From: Candidatus Poribacteria bacterium
GTDB lineage: Bacteria > Poribacteria > WGA-4E > PCPOR2b
Direction: 5' to 3'
Assembly (NCBI GenBank): GCA_965198175.1
Contig: OZ240245.1
Coordinates: 1,504,001-1,568,000, forward strand
DNA length: 64,000 nucleotides
This document shows, one piece after another, positions 49,720 to 60,069 of the stretch; the stretch's first letter is position 1, and each line of letters starts with the position of its first letter. The notes below the pieces were generated by a model. That model was given only the letters and a program-made list of their open reading frames with translations, did no database searches and was not told the DNA's origin. Made by a program: the position numbers and the translations under genes.

Positions 49720-50669
49720 CCCATGGCCTCCTTCTGATACCATTTCCACAGCTTGGCTAACCCATCTGCAACAGCGGTTTGAGGGTTGTAAGCCAATAAA
49801 CGACGCGCTTGGTTGATGTTGGCAAAGGTGTTTTTCGGCTCGCTCGCTGGTGCGGAAGGTGTGGAAAGGAGGGCTTTGCGACCGACAAGCATTTCGACGA
49901 TTTTCACGAAATCTATCATGAGCACGGGTTCGCCCCGTCCAAGGTTGATGATTTGGTAGCCTAGTGGCTTGTCGAGAGCAGACACCACACCTGCAACAAT
50001 GTCGTCTATATACGTCCAATCTCGCCGCATTTGACCCGCATCGAATAGAGCGATTTCCCGTTGGTTCACAATGCAATCAGTAACCATAAAGGGCATCATA
50101 TCGGGGCGTCCACGAGGACCGTAGACGCTGAAGAAGCGCAGCGCCGTGAAATTGAGTTGGTGCAGGTGATGGTAAGTGTAACCCATGACTTCAACTGCTT
50201 TTTTGCTGGCAGGGTAGGGCGCCAAAGGGTGATTGCAGGGATCGGTTTCAATGAACGGCAGTTGTTCTGTTTCACCGTATACGGAGGAGGTAGAAGCAAA
50301 GACGAAGTTTCCAACGTCATTGTGTCGGGCTGCTTCCAACAGGTTGATAGACCCTACAATGTTAACATCGGCGTAAAGTTTTGCGCGTCCAATCGAATAG
50401 CGCACAGCCCCATAGCCAGCGAGATGTGCCACTGCTTCTGGTTTATGTTCGGCAAAGATACGGTTGATGGCTTCCCGATCTCGGATATCTTCCTCGTACA
50501 CGATGCAGTGAGGGTGATCGCGTAAACAGGCTACGTTCGCATGTTTGTGGCTCGGATTGTAATAATCGTTAAAGCTATCCAGGGCAATGACGTCATCGTC
50601 GCAAGCCAACAACGCATCGCAGAGATGGGAGCCGATGAAACCGGCAGCACCGGTGACGACGATTTTCAA
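49716..50669 (-). CDS. NAD-dependent epimerase (UDP-glucuronate 4-epimerase-like)
   Basis: VTGAAGFIGSH, ASTSSVYG, YPASKK, LRFFSVYGPRGRPDM, RDWTYIDD; TTG at 50669 after GGAGG. Confidence 0.9.
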   Translation of the reverse strand: MKIVVTGAAGFIGSHLCDALLACDDDVIALDSFNDYYNPSHKHANVACLRDHPHCIVYEEDIRDREAINRIFAEHKPEAVAHLAGYGAVRYSIGRAKLYADVNIVGSINLLEAARHNDVGNFVFASTSSVYGETEQLPFIETDPCNHPLAPYPASKKAVEVMGYTYHHLHQLNFTALRFFSVYGPRGRPDMMPFMVTDCIVNQREIALFDAGQMRRDWTYIDDIVAGVVSALDKPLGYQIINLGRGEPVLMIDFVKIVEMLVGRKALLSTPSAPASEPKNTFANINQARRLLAYNPQTAVADGLAKLWKWYQKEAMG

Positions 50670-50727
50670 GTGGAACCTCCAGATTAAACGCAACGTGCGA
50701 TAGAAATGTTGCTTAGTCGTACAACAA

Positions 50728-51765
50728 TTATTCTATAATTTCGGCACGAATGGTGTGATAGCCAACAGCACCGGCAGGTTCTACATCAAAGCCAGTTTCC
50801 CGCTGGATTAACCCATCATTAGCAGTTGCTCTGGCGTAAATCTCAATTTCTCCCCAATTCTTTGGCACTTGCCACGTATATTTCCAAAGATACCATGCCA
50901 GCGGTGAGTCACTTGCCCAAATTTCCGCCTCTTCCCACGTGTTACCGGCATCAAAGCTTACCTCAACACTCCTGATTCCGTTATGATTTCCACTATCAAA
51001 TGCGGCGCCACTAATCGTGTATGTCGTCCCGCCTTGGATTTTCTCGCCCTCGGTAGGCGTACCAATTAGAGTTGCTAATTTGACGCGCGCAATCGGGTCC
51101 CATCCCCGTTTTTCCCAATACCCCTCGTGCTCTTCTGCAAGAATAATATTGACAATCCATTTGGGATTTTTAGTGCCGTAGTGACCGGGATTGAGTAGGC
51201 GAACAGGAAAACCGTGATCTTGAGGGAGAACCTCTCCGTTCATTTTGTACACTAAAAGCGTTTCCTCACGTAGTGCACGGTCGATGGGAACAGCTGTATG
51301 GTAGCCGTCAGCACAACGGAACACAACTACCTTTGCTTCCTTCTTGACCCCTACTTTCTGAAGAACATCGGCTAGCGGTACACCAGTCCACATAGTATTA
51401 CTCATCTGTTCGACTCCGATTAAATCGCCGATACACTTGAGTGTCCGCATCGTCGTTACGGATGTCATGCGCGTGATATCTTCATACCTTAAAATACTTT
51501 GTTTTTTCACTAAACCTGTGATCCTCAATCGCCAGTGCGCTGACTTGATGAGCGGCGGTTGACGGATTTGAAGAACGTAAAATTCATCAGTTGGAGTTAT
51601 CATTGAAGACGGTATAAGGCTGTTTGTTCCAAGCTTTGCCTCTGGACTCTCCGCAAAATGCTGCGGGGGAGGAGAAACGGTGTTTACCGCATTGAGATAA
51701 CGAAACGGCAGCGTCGTGCCTGCGGCGCTCATAATAGTCATCTTGATAAATTTTCTGCGTTTCAT
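50728..51765 (-). CDS. Tat-exported sulfite-oxidase-family molybdoenzyme
   Basis: MKRRKFIK twin-arginine signal, TLKC Mo-ligand Cys, WTGVPL, MNGEVLPQDHGFPVRL, KW, C-terminal VEVSFDAGNTW domain. Confidence 0.9.
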   Translation of the reverse strand: MKRRKFIKMTIMSAAGTTLPFRYLNAVNTVSPPPQHFAESPEAKLGTNSLIPSSMITPTDEFYVLQIRQPPLIKSAHWRLRITGLVKKQSILRYEDITRMTSVTTMRTLKCIGDLIGVEQMSNTMWTGVPLADVLQKVGVKKEAKVVVFRCADGYHTAVPIDRALREETLLVYKMNGEVLPQDHGFPVRLLNPGHYGTKNPKWIVNIILAEEHEGYWEKRGWDPIARVKLATLIGTPTEGEKIQGGTTYTISGAAFDSGNHNGIRSVEVSFDAGNTWEEAEIWASDSPLAWYLWKYTWQVPKNWGEIEIYARATANDGLIQRETGFDVEPAGAVGYHTIRAEIIE

Positions 51766-51971
51766 AGTTTATTCCGTGATGTCAGACAGAGCTAAAAACG
51801 TGTCCCTTAGCGGGTGATTTGTCCCATGACTGACGGATATAGGGTGCAGGGAGTATTTTGCTGTCCGTTGGTTACAGTGTACAAATGAGGGGAATGAGAT
51901 ACATGTTATCGGCGTAATGCTCGTAATGCCCAGTGACTCCCTTCTTGCTTCAATTGCTGCCTTTATTCTTA

Positions 51972-52763
51972 TTACCATCCAATGAGTTTCAGATACCAGT
52001 CCCAAATTGTGCATCCCCAAAGCAAATCTAGCGCCGCGCCGAGTGCGAGAAATGGACCATAGGGAATCGGACTTTGCGGACCCTCCTTCGCACCGAAAAT
52101 AATTAGCGTCACGCCAACGATTGACCCGATAAGAGCTGAAGACGTAATCACAAGAAGCAGATGTGGCCACGCCCCAAGAAACAGTCCAATCAGTCCCATC
52201 AATTTGATGTCCCCCATCCCCATCGCCCGCTTGCGAAAAATTATGCTTCCCAAAGCCCCAATAAGCGCTGTCACGACGCTGCCCGCTACCGCTCCAATCA
52301 GATGTTCAATGAAAAATTCGCCATCTTGCTGTATAAACGAAATGGAACTTATAATTGCCAAGCCTGCAATGAGTCCAGCAAAGATAATTGTGTTCGGAAT
52401 AATATACCATCGTGCATCAATCCAAGCAATTGGAACAAGCAAGATGACGAGCAGACAGCCGTGCAGCAATTGAAGCGAAATGCCGAACCGATAAAACATC
52501 AGGACAAAAAGGCTGCCGGTAATCAGTTCGACTAAGGGGTAGATGATTGATATTTTCGATCCACAAGCCCTACAATGTCCTTGCAGAAGAAGATAGCTCA
52601 ACACTGGAACATTATCGTAGGCTCGAATCGGGGTCTGACACCCGGGGCAAAACGACCTCTGGGGGACATGAATGGAAAGTCCTTCACGCGGTATCCGATA
52701 GATGCACACGTTCAGGAAGCTCCCGGTTACTAACCCGAGCACGAAGATTAGGGCAACAGCCAT
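51972..52763 (-). CDS. pilD: Prepilin peptidase
   Basis: GSFLNVCIYRIP, RSFCPGC, GHCRAC, MGMGDIKL, IPYGPFLA. Confidence 0.93.
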   Translation of the reverse strand: MAVALIFVLGLVTGSFLNVCIYRIPREGLSIHVPQRSFCPGCQTPIRAYDNVPVLSYLLLQGHCRACGSKISIIYPLVELITGSLFVLMFYRFGISLQLLHGCLLVILLVPIAWIDARWYIIPNTIIFAGLIAGLAIISSISFIQQDGEFFIEHLIGAVAGSVVTALIGALGSIIFRKRAMGMGDIKLMGLIGLFLGAWPHLLLVITSSALIGSIVGVTLIIFGAKEGPQSPIPYGPFLALGAALDLLWGCTIWDWYLKLIGW

Positions 52764-52971
52764 AGAATACTCTCATGCAAATTCACGACATGAGTGCTTC
52801 AAATGAGAAAACCTCAATTTAGGGGGTAGCTTGCAACTATTCATTATTTAGATTATACCATTACATCTAAAGAAATGCGAACTTCTTTCAGGCAATCTCG
52901 ATATTGTCCAAATCAGTGGGTATACGATACGCAGAAAACCATCAGCGTTTTCAATGTTTTCATTTTTTCCC

Positions 52972-53000
52972 TTGACAGTCAAAGGGATGAATGCTAATAT
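52972..53000 (+). promoter_or_regulatory. Promoter for tRNA-Pro
   Basis: TTGACA, 17-nt spacer, TAATAT. Confidence 0.6.
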
Positions 53001-53025
53001 TTATAAGCATTTTATGGTATTTGGT

Positions 53026-53099
53026 CGGGGCGTGGCGCAGCCCGGAAGCGCGCTTGAATGGGGTTCAAGAGGTCGCTGGTTCAAATCCAGTCGCCCCGA
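53026..53099 (+). tRNA. tRNA-Pro(GGG)
   Basis: Acceptor stem CGGGGCG/CGCCCCG, anticodon arm CTTGA-atGGGgt-TCAAG, GGTTCAAATCC T-arm; CCA not encoded. Confidence 0.95.
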
Positions 53100-53409
53100 T
53101 TTTATTGCCCGTCGTTTTTGAGATTCGATAGTTGTTGCCTACCGCATTGATGTGATATGAATTTCTTTCCCAACAGATTGAGTTCTCCACGATTGCCGTG
53201 TTTAAGCTCCTTCTCTGCTGTATCAAGACAGATAAAGGCTCTAATGGGATGAGCTTGCTATCGGACTGTTTGTCACACGGCTTGCACTGGGTGTTCAACG
53301 GTATAATCGACTACTTTCAGGCAACCTTATTGAGACGGCTTAATTATGTAAGAGATTGAATTTCTAAAGTTAGGCGTTCCCGAATCAAATTTAAGATAAA
53401 GAGAGAGTT

Positions 53410-54732
53410 GTGGATAGATCGAGCATCAATGTGGGGCTTCTGGGCTGGGGGACCGTCGGAACAGGAGTCTCGAAAATTCTGGTCAATCAAAACAGGCGGA
53501 TTTCTCAGAATGCGGGAGTCCAGCTTCAACTGACCAGAATTGTGAAACGGACGCTACCGGCATCACGTGCCGGGCTCCAGTTGCCCCCAGAATGTCTCAC
53601 AACAGAACCTGCTGAAGTCGTAGATAACCCCGATATTGATATTGTTGTGGAATTGATTGGCGGAGTAGCAGATGCTCGGCGCTTAATAGTTCAGGCTATC
53701 CGAAATGGAAAGCATGTTGTGACAGCGAACAAAGCGTTGTTAGCAGAACACGGCTTTGAGCTTTTTCAGCTTGCTTCCGAGCAGAAAGTAAGCCTCAACT
53801 TTGAGGCGAGCACAGCAGGTGGTATCCCAATCATCAAAACATTGAAGGAGAGTTTTGCCGCGAATCGTATTCAATCCATCTGCGGCATCATCAACGGTAC
53901 ATGCAACTATATTCTGACACAAATGCACGAAAAGGGGGCTGATTTCGATGAGGTGTTGCAAGAAGCCCAGACCCTCGGATATGCGGAAGCGGATCCGATG
54001 CTTGATATTGAAGGAATTGATGCGGCTCAGAAACTGACACTCCTTACGGCGCTTGCTTACGGTTTTAACATACCGATGCAAGACGTTTACACCGAGGGCA
54101 TTACGAGAATCACTCAAAAAGAGATTCAGCACGCGCACGAACTAGGGTACGTCATCAAGCTGCTTGCGATTGCCAAGCGAAATAAAGACAAAATTGAGGC
54201 AAGGGTGCATCCAACAATGGTGCCCGTACGAAGCATGCTGGCAAATGTTGGCGGGGCGTTCAATACAGTCTGCGTCATTGGTGATGCTGTTGGACCAACC
54301 CTTTTTTACGGACAAGGCGCAGGTGAAATGCCAACGGCGAGTGCCGTTGTAGCAGATATCATCGATTCGGCGAAATCAATTTGTGGACACGCTCACGCTC
54401 ATGTCCCGCGCGGCTGGCTTTCTGAATCACAATCTGATGTTTCATCCTGTCCAATTGATGCAATTGAAACGCGTTACTATGTTCGCCTGATGGCTTTGGA
54501 TCAGCCGGGGGTCTTGGCTCAAGTCAGCAGTATTTTGGGAACTCATCATATCAGTATTGCGTCGCTGATTCAAAAGGAGCGCCATGAAGCGGATGGAACG
54601 GCCTCGATTGTTATGGTGACTCACAAAGCCGTTGAGAAAGATGTGCAAGCGGCTATACGGAAGATTGACGCACTCGATACCGTCAAGCGTGCAAGCCAAC
54701 TGATTCGGATTGAAGACGAAGTTGCATTTTAG
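53410..54732 (+). CDS. hom: Homoserine dehydrogenase with ACT domain
   Basis: GWGTVG, VVTANKA, FEASTAGGIP, NGTCNYIL, GYAEADP..DIEGIDAAQK, DQPGVLA. Confidence 0.95.
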   Translation: MDRSSINVGLLGWGTVGTGVSKILVNQNRRISQNAGVQLQLTRIVKRTLPASRAGLQLPPECLTTEPAEVVDNPDIDIVVELIGGVADARRLIVQAIRNGKHVVTANKALLAEHGFELFQLASEQKVSLNFEASTAGGIPIIKTLKESFAANRIQSICGIINGTCNYILTQMHEKGADFDEVLQEAQTLGYAEADPMLDIEGIDAAQKLTLLTALAYGFNIPMQDVYTEGITRITQKEIQHAHELGYVIKLLAIAKRNKDKIEARVHPTMVPVRSMLANVGGAFNTVCVIGDAVGPTLFYGQGAGEMPTASAVVADIIDSAKSICGHAHAHVPRGWLSESQSDVSSCPIDAIETRYYVRLMALDQPGVLAQVSSILGTHHISIASLIQKERHEADGTASIVMVTHKAVEKDVQAAIRKIDALDTVKRASQLIRIEDEVAF

Positions 54733-54759
54733 TGTCATGAAAAGTAAAGGGACGTAGGT

Positions 54760-56004
54760 GTGGGAATCATAGTTCAAAAATTTGGTGGAACTTCTGTTGC
54801 TGACGCGACAAAAATTAAGAATGTCGCAAAGCGCGTGGTGCAAACACATGATGAGGGACATCGCGTTGTCGTCGTTGTTTCTGCAATGGGTGATACGACG
54901 GACCGATTGGAAAGCCTAGCTTATGAAATCTCTGCAAATCCTCTTGAGCGTGAACTCGCCATGCTTTTGTCCACAGGAGAACAGGTTTCGATTGCCTTGC
55001 TTGCAATGGCGGTTTCAGAGCTTGGACACGAGGCAATTTCCCTCACGGGAACACAAGTAGGTATCATTACCGGTGGCTTTTATAGTGAGGCGCGAATTCA
55101 GAGTATCAATCAGGGACGTATCCTTTCGGAGTTAGATCGGGGAAAGATTGTTATCCTAGCGGGTTATCAAGGGGTTACAATCGATAACGAAATCACAACG
55201 CTCGGGCGCGGAGCTTCTGACACAACCGCTGTTGCAGTCGCTGCAACATTGGGTGCCGATCGCTGTGACATTTATACGGATGTGGATGGAGTTTACACAG
55301 CAGATCCGCGCATTGTTCCAAACGCTCGGAAGCTTGACCGGATTACACACGATGAAATGCTTGAAATGGCGCGGCTCGGCGCAAAAGTTCTACATTCCCG
55401 ATCAGTTGAACTTGCGAAGAAATTCGACGTCCATCTTTGCGTTCGGTCTAGCTTCACCGAAGCCGAGGGTACAATTGTTGAAAAGGAAAGTGAGATGATA
55501 GAGGAAGTTATTGTCAGCGGAGTCACGTCGGATAAAGATCAAGCGAAGGTATCATTACTTGGTGTGCCGGACACCCCAGGGATTGCCGCGCGTATCTTCC
55601 AGGAAATTGCCGACGCCCATATCAATATCGATATGATTATTCAGAACGTGAGCCATGAAGGGACCACCGACATATCGTTTACGGTTGCTAAGAAAGATTT
55701 AGAGTCAACCCTGAAAACCGCTGAAATGCTCAAAGCCAAGATCGGTTGTCAAAACATAAGCACAGACAAGAACATTGCCAAAGTGTCAGCAATTGGAATT
55801 GGGATGAAAAGCCATGTCGGTATCGCCGCGCGAATGTTCCGTGCCCTCGCCGATGAAGGCATTAACATTCAGACTATTAGCACGTCGGAAATCAAAATCT
55901 CTTGTGTCATTGACGACAGAGAGACTGAATGTGCTGTACGCGCGATTCACGATAGGTTTGAATTGGGGAATACTTCCAATGAAAGCGTTGGAATTCAGGG
56001 TTAA
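54760..56004 (+). CDS. lysC: Aspartate kinase
   Basis: VQKFGGTSV, VVSAMGDTTD, TTLGRG, TDVDGVYTADPR, two ACT domains, STSEIKIS. Confidence 0.95.
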   Translation: MGIIVQKFGGTSVADATKIKNVAKRVVQTHDEGHRVVVVVSAMGDTTDRLESLAYEISANPLERELAMLLSTGEQVSIALLAMAVSELGHEAISLTGTQVGIITGGFYSEARIQSINQGRILSELDRGKIVILAGYQGVTIDNEITTLGRGASDTTAVAVAATLGADRCDIYTDVDGVYTADPRIVPNARKLDRITHDEMLEMARLGAKVLHSRSVELAKKFDVHLCVRSSFTEAEGTIVEKESEMIEEVIVSGVTSDKDQAKVSLLGVPDTPGIAARIFQEIADAHINIDMIIQNVSHEGTTDISFTVAKKDLESTLKTAEMLKAKIGCQNISTDKNIAKVSAIGIGMKSHVGIAARMFRALADEGINIQTISTSEIKISCVIDDRETECAVRAIHDRFELGNTSNESVGIQG

Positions 56005-56524
56005 GGACATTTATGAGAACGGGGTCGATTTACACGAGCTTCCTGTGTCTCCGATGGGATCTGGCTTGGAGATAGAAGAAGGACAACTTGTAAAGCCGAT
56101 TCATGGGAATATCCAACTGGCGCGTCGTGTGAACGAGGTTTATGTGAAAGCCGATTTCTCGACATCAATTCAGATTATGTGTCGTCGTTGCACGGAACGT
56201 TTTGAAACGGATATTGCCACAAGGATTGAGCTGCAATTTTATCCAACGGAGAAGCCTGAACAAGTAGAACCTTGGCTCCTTGACGTTGGTGAGCGATATT
56301 ACTCAGGGGAAGTTATAGATTTGACTGAAGAAGTGCGTCAAGCCCTTACGCTCGAAATTCCAATTTGGCCGCTATGTTCAGAGTCATGCGAAGGCTTATG
56401 TCCTCACTGTGGCGCCGACCTTAATGTAACGCCTTGCGATTGTTATAAACCTGAGGAGGGCTCATCGCCATTTGCTGCTTTGGTGGATCTTTTGGACACG
56501 CCAAAGCGTGCAGTTGGTAAATAG
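55979..56524 (+). CDS. YceD/DUF177 family protein
   Basis: CRRC, IDLTEEVRQ, LCSESCEGLCPHCGADLN...CDC; sits before rpmF; ATG at 55979 overlaps the lysC end. Confidence 0.88.
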   Translation: MKALEFRVKDIYENGVDLHELPVSPMGSGLEIEEGQLVKPIHGNIQLARRVNEVYVKADFSTSIQIMCRRCTERFETDIATRIELQFYPTEKPEQVEPWLLDVGERYYSGEVIDLTEEVRQALTLEIPIWPLCSESCEGLCPHCGADLNVTPCDCYKPEEGSSPFAALVDLLDTPKRAVGK

Positions 56525-56600
56525 CCTCAATATCCTAATGTCCAATACTAAAACACCAAGGAGGTGAGTTTCTGATTTTTCCAAAAAATCGGAGAAAACA

Positions 56601-56786
56601 TTGGCACATCCAAAACGTCGAACTTCAAAATCAAAAAAACGTATGAGAAGAAGCCATCATGCGCTTTGGGAAAAATTCCTCTCAATATGCCCAAACTGTT
56701 CGGAGACAAGTTTGTCTCACCGCGTTTGCCCAAGTTGTGGATACTACCGAGGTAGAAAAATCCTAAAATCTGTTGAAGAAATATAG
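56601..56786 (+). CDS. rpmF: 50S ribosomal protein L32
   Basis: MAHPKRRTSKSKKRMRRSH, CPNC...HRVCPSCGYYRG. Confidence 0.96.
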   Translation: MAHPKRRTSKSKKRMRRSHHALWEKFLSICPNCSETSLSHRVCPSCGYYRGRKILKSVEEI

Positions 56787-56884
56787 CTATCCCCATTACT
56801 CATGGATGATTACGTCGTTGTATTCCTAAGGGTGAAATTCAACAGATAATTAGGATTATCAATTCAAAAAGGGATTCTGTTATA

Positions 56885-57874
56885 ATGGCTCGATTTGCAG
56901 CAATGACTGGGACAGGATCGTACATCCCAGAGAAAGTTCTGACCAATTTCAATCTGGAAGAAATGGTTGATACCAACGATGAATGGATTCGCCAACGCAC
57001 CGGTATCGTCGAGCGGCATATTGCCGAACCCGATATGGCAGTTTCTGATTTATGTCTCATAGCTGCTCGTCGAGCTATTAAGAATGCTGAGGTTGATCCG
57101 CTCGACATTGATGTAATCATTGTTGGCACAGTGACTTCTGATACGCTGTTCCCTTCAACAGCGTGCTATGTACAGCAGGGGCTTGGTGCAAAAAAAGCAT
57201 ATGCCTTCGATTTGGCAGCGGCTTGTGCTGGGTTTGTCTATGGCCTAGATCTCGCTGACGGGCTGATCAAATCCGGGCGTTATGATACAATTTTAGTCAT
57301 TGGCGGAGAAGTTCTCAGTAAAATTGTCGATTGGACTGATCGAAACACCTGCGTGCTGTTCGGCGATGCCGCTGGTGCGGTAATTGTGCAAGCAACAGAT
57401 GAGGCGAAAGGAATCTTAGCATCCTATTGCGGCTCTGATGGAGACTACTCCGATACCGATTTGCTGGGAGTACCGGCTGGAGGTTCACGTATGCCCGCGA
57501 CGTGTGAAACGGTGAAACAGAAACTCCATACCATTAAGATGCGTGGACGGGAAGTATTCAAACTTGGTGTCCGTATCATGCCCGAAGCCGCCCAGCACGT
57601 ATTGGCCATCGCAGAAATGACGATTGATGAGATTGATCTGTTCATTCCCCACCAAGCAAATGTCCGAATCATTGAAGCCGTAGGCGATCGACTGGGAATT
57701 CCACGGGAAAAAGTATACATTAATGTTGACAGATACGGGAATACTTCCGCCGCAACCACAATCGTTGCGCTCGACGAAGCGATTCGTGAAGGGCGGGTGA
57801 GCTCCGGCGACATGATTCTCATGGTAACCTTCGGCGCAGGACTGACATGGGGAAGCACATTAATTAAGCTCTAA
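56885..57874 (+). CDS. fabH: Beta-ketoacyl-ACP synthase III
   Basis: WIRQRTGI, AACAGF, LFGDAAGA, PHQAN, YGNTSAA, FGAGLTWG. Confidence 0.96.
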   Translation: MARFAAMTGTGSYIPEKVLTNFNLEEMVDTNDEWIRQRTGIVERHIAEPDMAVSDLCLIAARRAIKNAEVDPLDIDVIIVGTVTSDTLFPSTACYVQQGLGAKKAYAFDLAAACAGFVYGLDLADGLIKSGRYDTILVIGGEVLSKIVDWTDRNTCVLFGDAAGAVIVQATDEAKGILASYCGSDGDYSDTDLLGVPAGGSRMPATCETVKQKLHTIKMRGREVFKLGVRIMPEAAQHVLAIAEMTIDEIDLFIPHQANVRIIEAVGDRLGIPREKVYINVDRYGNTSAATTIVALDEAIREGRVSSGDMILMVTFGAGLTWGSTLIKL

Positions 57875-57965
57875 ATCCCTTTACACAATCGATGTGCATC
57901 TTGGGGAAATCCGGTTTTAAGTTCACAAGTTCATGTGCTCCGATACGTAATTTATGGTCTGTGAT

Positions 57966-58901
57966 ATGGATGTTGCTTTTATATTCCCCGGCCAAGGTTC
58001 CCAAAAAGTCGGAATGGGATTGGAGCTTGCTCAAGCGTATGCTGTTGCTCGCGACACCTTTGAAGAAGCAGATTCCTTTCTGGGGCGGCGGTTAAGTCGG
58101 CTCTGTTTTGAAGGTCCCGATGAATCGCTGAAGCAGACGGAGAATACGCAATTAGCAATCTTGACGAGTAGCGTAGCCGCTTTGCGGGTGCTCCGGCAAC
58201 TCAGTATTTCATCAAGCATTGTCGCAGGACATAGTTTAGGAGAACACTCTGCGCTCGTAGCTGCCGGCGTGCTCAGTTTTCCGGACGCACTAAAATTGAT
58301 CGAATATCGCGCGCGGTTTATGGCAGAGGCCTCTCGACAACAAGATTGTATGATGGCAGCGATTTTAGGGCTAGAAGAAAAGCGGTTGGAAGCGCTCTGC
58401 GAAGAGGTTCAATCTGTCGGCGTAGTTGAGATTGCGAATTACAACTGCCCTGGACAACTGGTCATATCCGGTGGAACAGCGGCCGTTCAAAGGTTAATAG
58501 CGACTGCGAAGGCGAGTGGTGCTAAGCGTTGCCGCCCGCTGGCAGTGAGTGGTGCGTTTCATTCATCTCTGATGAAACCCGCAAGGGAGCGGCTCAAATC
58601 TGTCATTGGTGAATTTTCATTTAGCAGTCCACAAATCAGGTTCGTTGCAAATGTTACGGGGGATTGTGTGCAAACGCCGGACGAGATTCGCCGTTTGTTG
58701 ATAGCCCAGGTAACAAGTCCGGTTCAATGGGAGAAATCAATCCGAACTATGGGTGCTGCTGGGGTTTCGCACTTTGTAGAGGTTGGACCTGGGTATGTCC
58801 TTTCTGGAATGGTTCGCCGCATTCTTTCTCAGCCAGTGTGCTTGAATATTGAGGACGTCAAAAGCCTTGAAAAAACGATAGATGTAATAGGTCAGGCGTG
58901 A
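57966..58901 (+). CDS. fabD: Malonyl-CoA:ACP transacylase
   Basis: FPGQGSQ, GHSLGE, VSGAFHS, EVGPG. Confidence 0.96.
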   Translation: MDVAFIFPGQGSQKVGMGLELAQAYAVARDTFEEADSFLGRRLSRLCFEGPDESLKQTENTQLAILTSSVAALRVLRQLSISSSIVAGHSLGEHSALVAAGVLSFPDALKLIEYRARFMAEASRQQDCMMAAILGLEEKRLEALCEEVQSVGVVEIANYNCPGQLVISGGTAAVQRLIATAKASGAKRCRPLAVSGAFHSSLMKPARERLKSVIGEFSFSSPQIRFVANVTGDCVQTPDEIRRLLIAQVTSPVQWEKSIRTMGAAGVSHFVEVGPGYVLSGMVRRILSQPVCLNIEDVKSLEKTIDVIGQA

Positions 58902-58963
58902 GAACATAACAGGAGTCAAACACCGATTTTGAGCATGGTCAGCTATTGCTGATTAATTATTAT

Positions 58964-59701
58964 ATGAGACTCAAAGATAAAGTAGCAATTGTAACTGGCG
59001 CATCACGTGGGATAGGCGAAGCGATTGCCCGAAAGTTCTGCGAAGAAGGCGCGAGCGTGATGCTCTGTTCCCGTTCCACCTTATCGGTTACTGCTGCTGA
59101 CGCATTAGCATGTGAAGGGTGGAACACCAAATCGATACAAGCCGACATTTCTCAAAAACCAGATGTAGAAGCGCTTGTAGATGCAACACTCAAAGCATTT
59201 TCCCGTATTGATATCCTTGTGAATAATGCTGGAATCACCCGGGATGCCTTACTCATGCGTATGAAAGATGATGACTGGGATGCAGTTTTACAGACCAATC
59301 TCACAGGAACCGCCTACTGTACACGCGCTGTTATCCGTACAATGATGCGTCAAAAAAGTGGGAAAATTATCAATATTTCATCGGTCGTCGGTTTGATGGG
59401 GAATGCAGGACAGGCGAATTATGCGGCTTCAAAAGCCGGTATCATCGGTTTAACCAAATCGATTGCAAGAGAAGTTGCTAAGCGTGGCATTACTGTGAAC
59501 GCAATTGCACCCGGCTTCATCAAAACGGAGATGACTGCAAATCTTTCAGCACAGGATCGACAGAATATTTTAGAGATGATTCCAATAGGCAGTTTCGGTA
59601 TACCCGAAGATGTGTCACAAGTTGCTTTATTTTTGGCATCTGATGCTGCTCGATATATCACCGGTCAAGTCATCCAAGTTGATGGCGGTATGGTGATGTA
59701 A
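58964..59701 (+). CDS. fabG: 3-oxoacyl-ACP reductase
   Basis: TGASRGIG, NNAGITRD, GQANYAASKAG, VNAIAPGFI. Confidence 0.96.
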   Translation: MRLKDKVAIVTGASRGIGEAIARKFCEEGASVMLCSRSTLSVTAADALACEGWNTKSIQADISQKPDVEALVDATLKAFSRIDILVNNAGITRDALLMRMKDDDWDAVLQTNLTGTAYCTRAVIRTMMRQKSGKIINISSVVGLMGNAGQANYAASKAGIIGLTKSIAREVAKRGITVNAIAPGFIKTEMTANLSAQDRQNILEMIPIGSFGIPEDVSQVALFLASDAARYITGQVIQVDGGMVM

Positions 59702-59777
59702 TTTAACAATTAATGTTTATTGCATTGTACCTGATGCCCAATGTCTAACTACCTGAAAAAGGGAGGTTATTAAATCG

Positions 59778-60011
59778 ATGGCAATCGATCGAAATCAGCT
59801 TGTAAAGATTATTGCAAACCAGTTGCAAATTGATGAGGGTCAGGTGACTGCTGATGCTTCATTCATGGATGATTTAGGCGCAGATTCCTTAGATACGGTT
59901 GAATTAATCATGGCGCTTGAGGAAGAATTTAACATTGAAATTCCAGATAGTGATGCTGAGAAGATTCGGACCGTACAGAATGCAATTGATTACATGAATT
60001 TGCATGTCTAA
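59778..60011 (+). CDS. acpP: Acyl carrier protein
   Basis: [20 protein letters not shown]. Confidence 0.97.
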   Translation: MAIDRNQLVKIIANQLQIDEGQVTADASFMDDLGADSLDTVELIMALEEEFNIEIPDSDAEKIRTVQNAIDYMNLHV

Positions 60012-60069
60012 TTCCAAATCACAGTAGTAACAGATTACGAAAGGTACAAAGGATTAAGAGGTATAACTC

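Noticed and set aside
53215..53345. Possible SAM-I or lysine riboswitch before hom
   Set aside because: Only a TATCAAGA-like word matches; the core motifs and terminator are absent.
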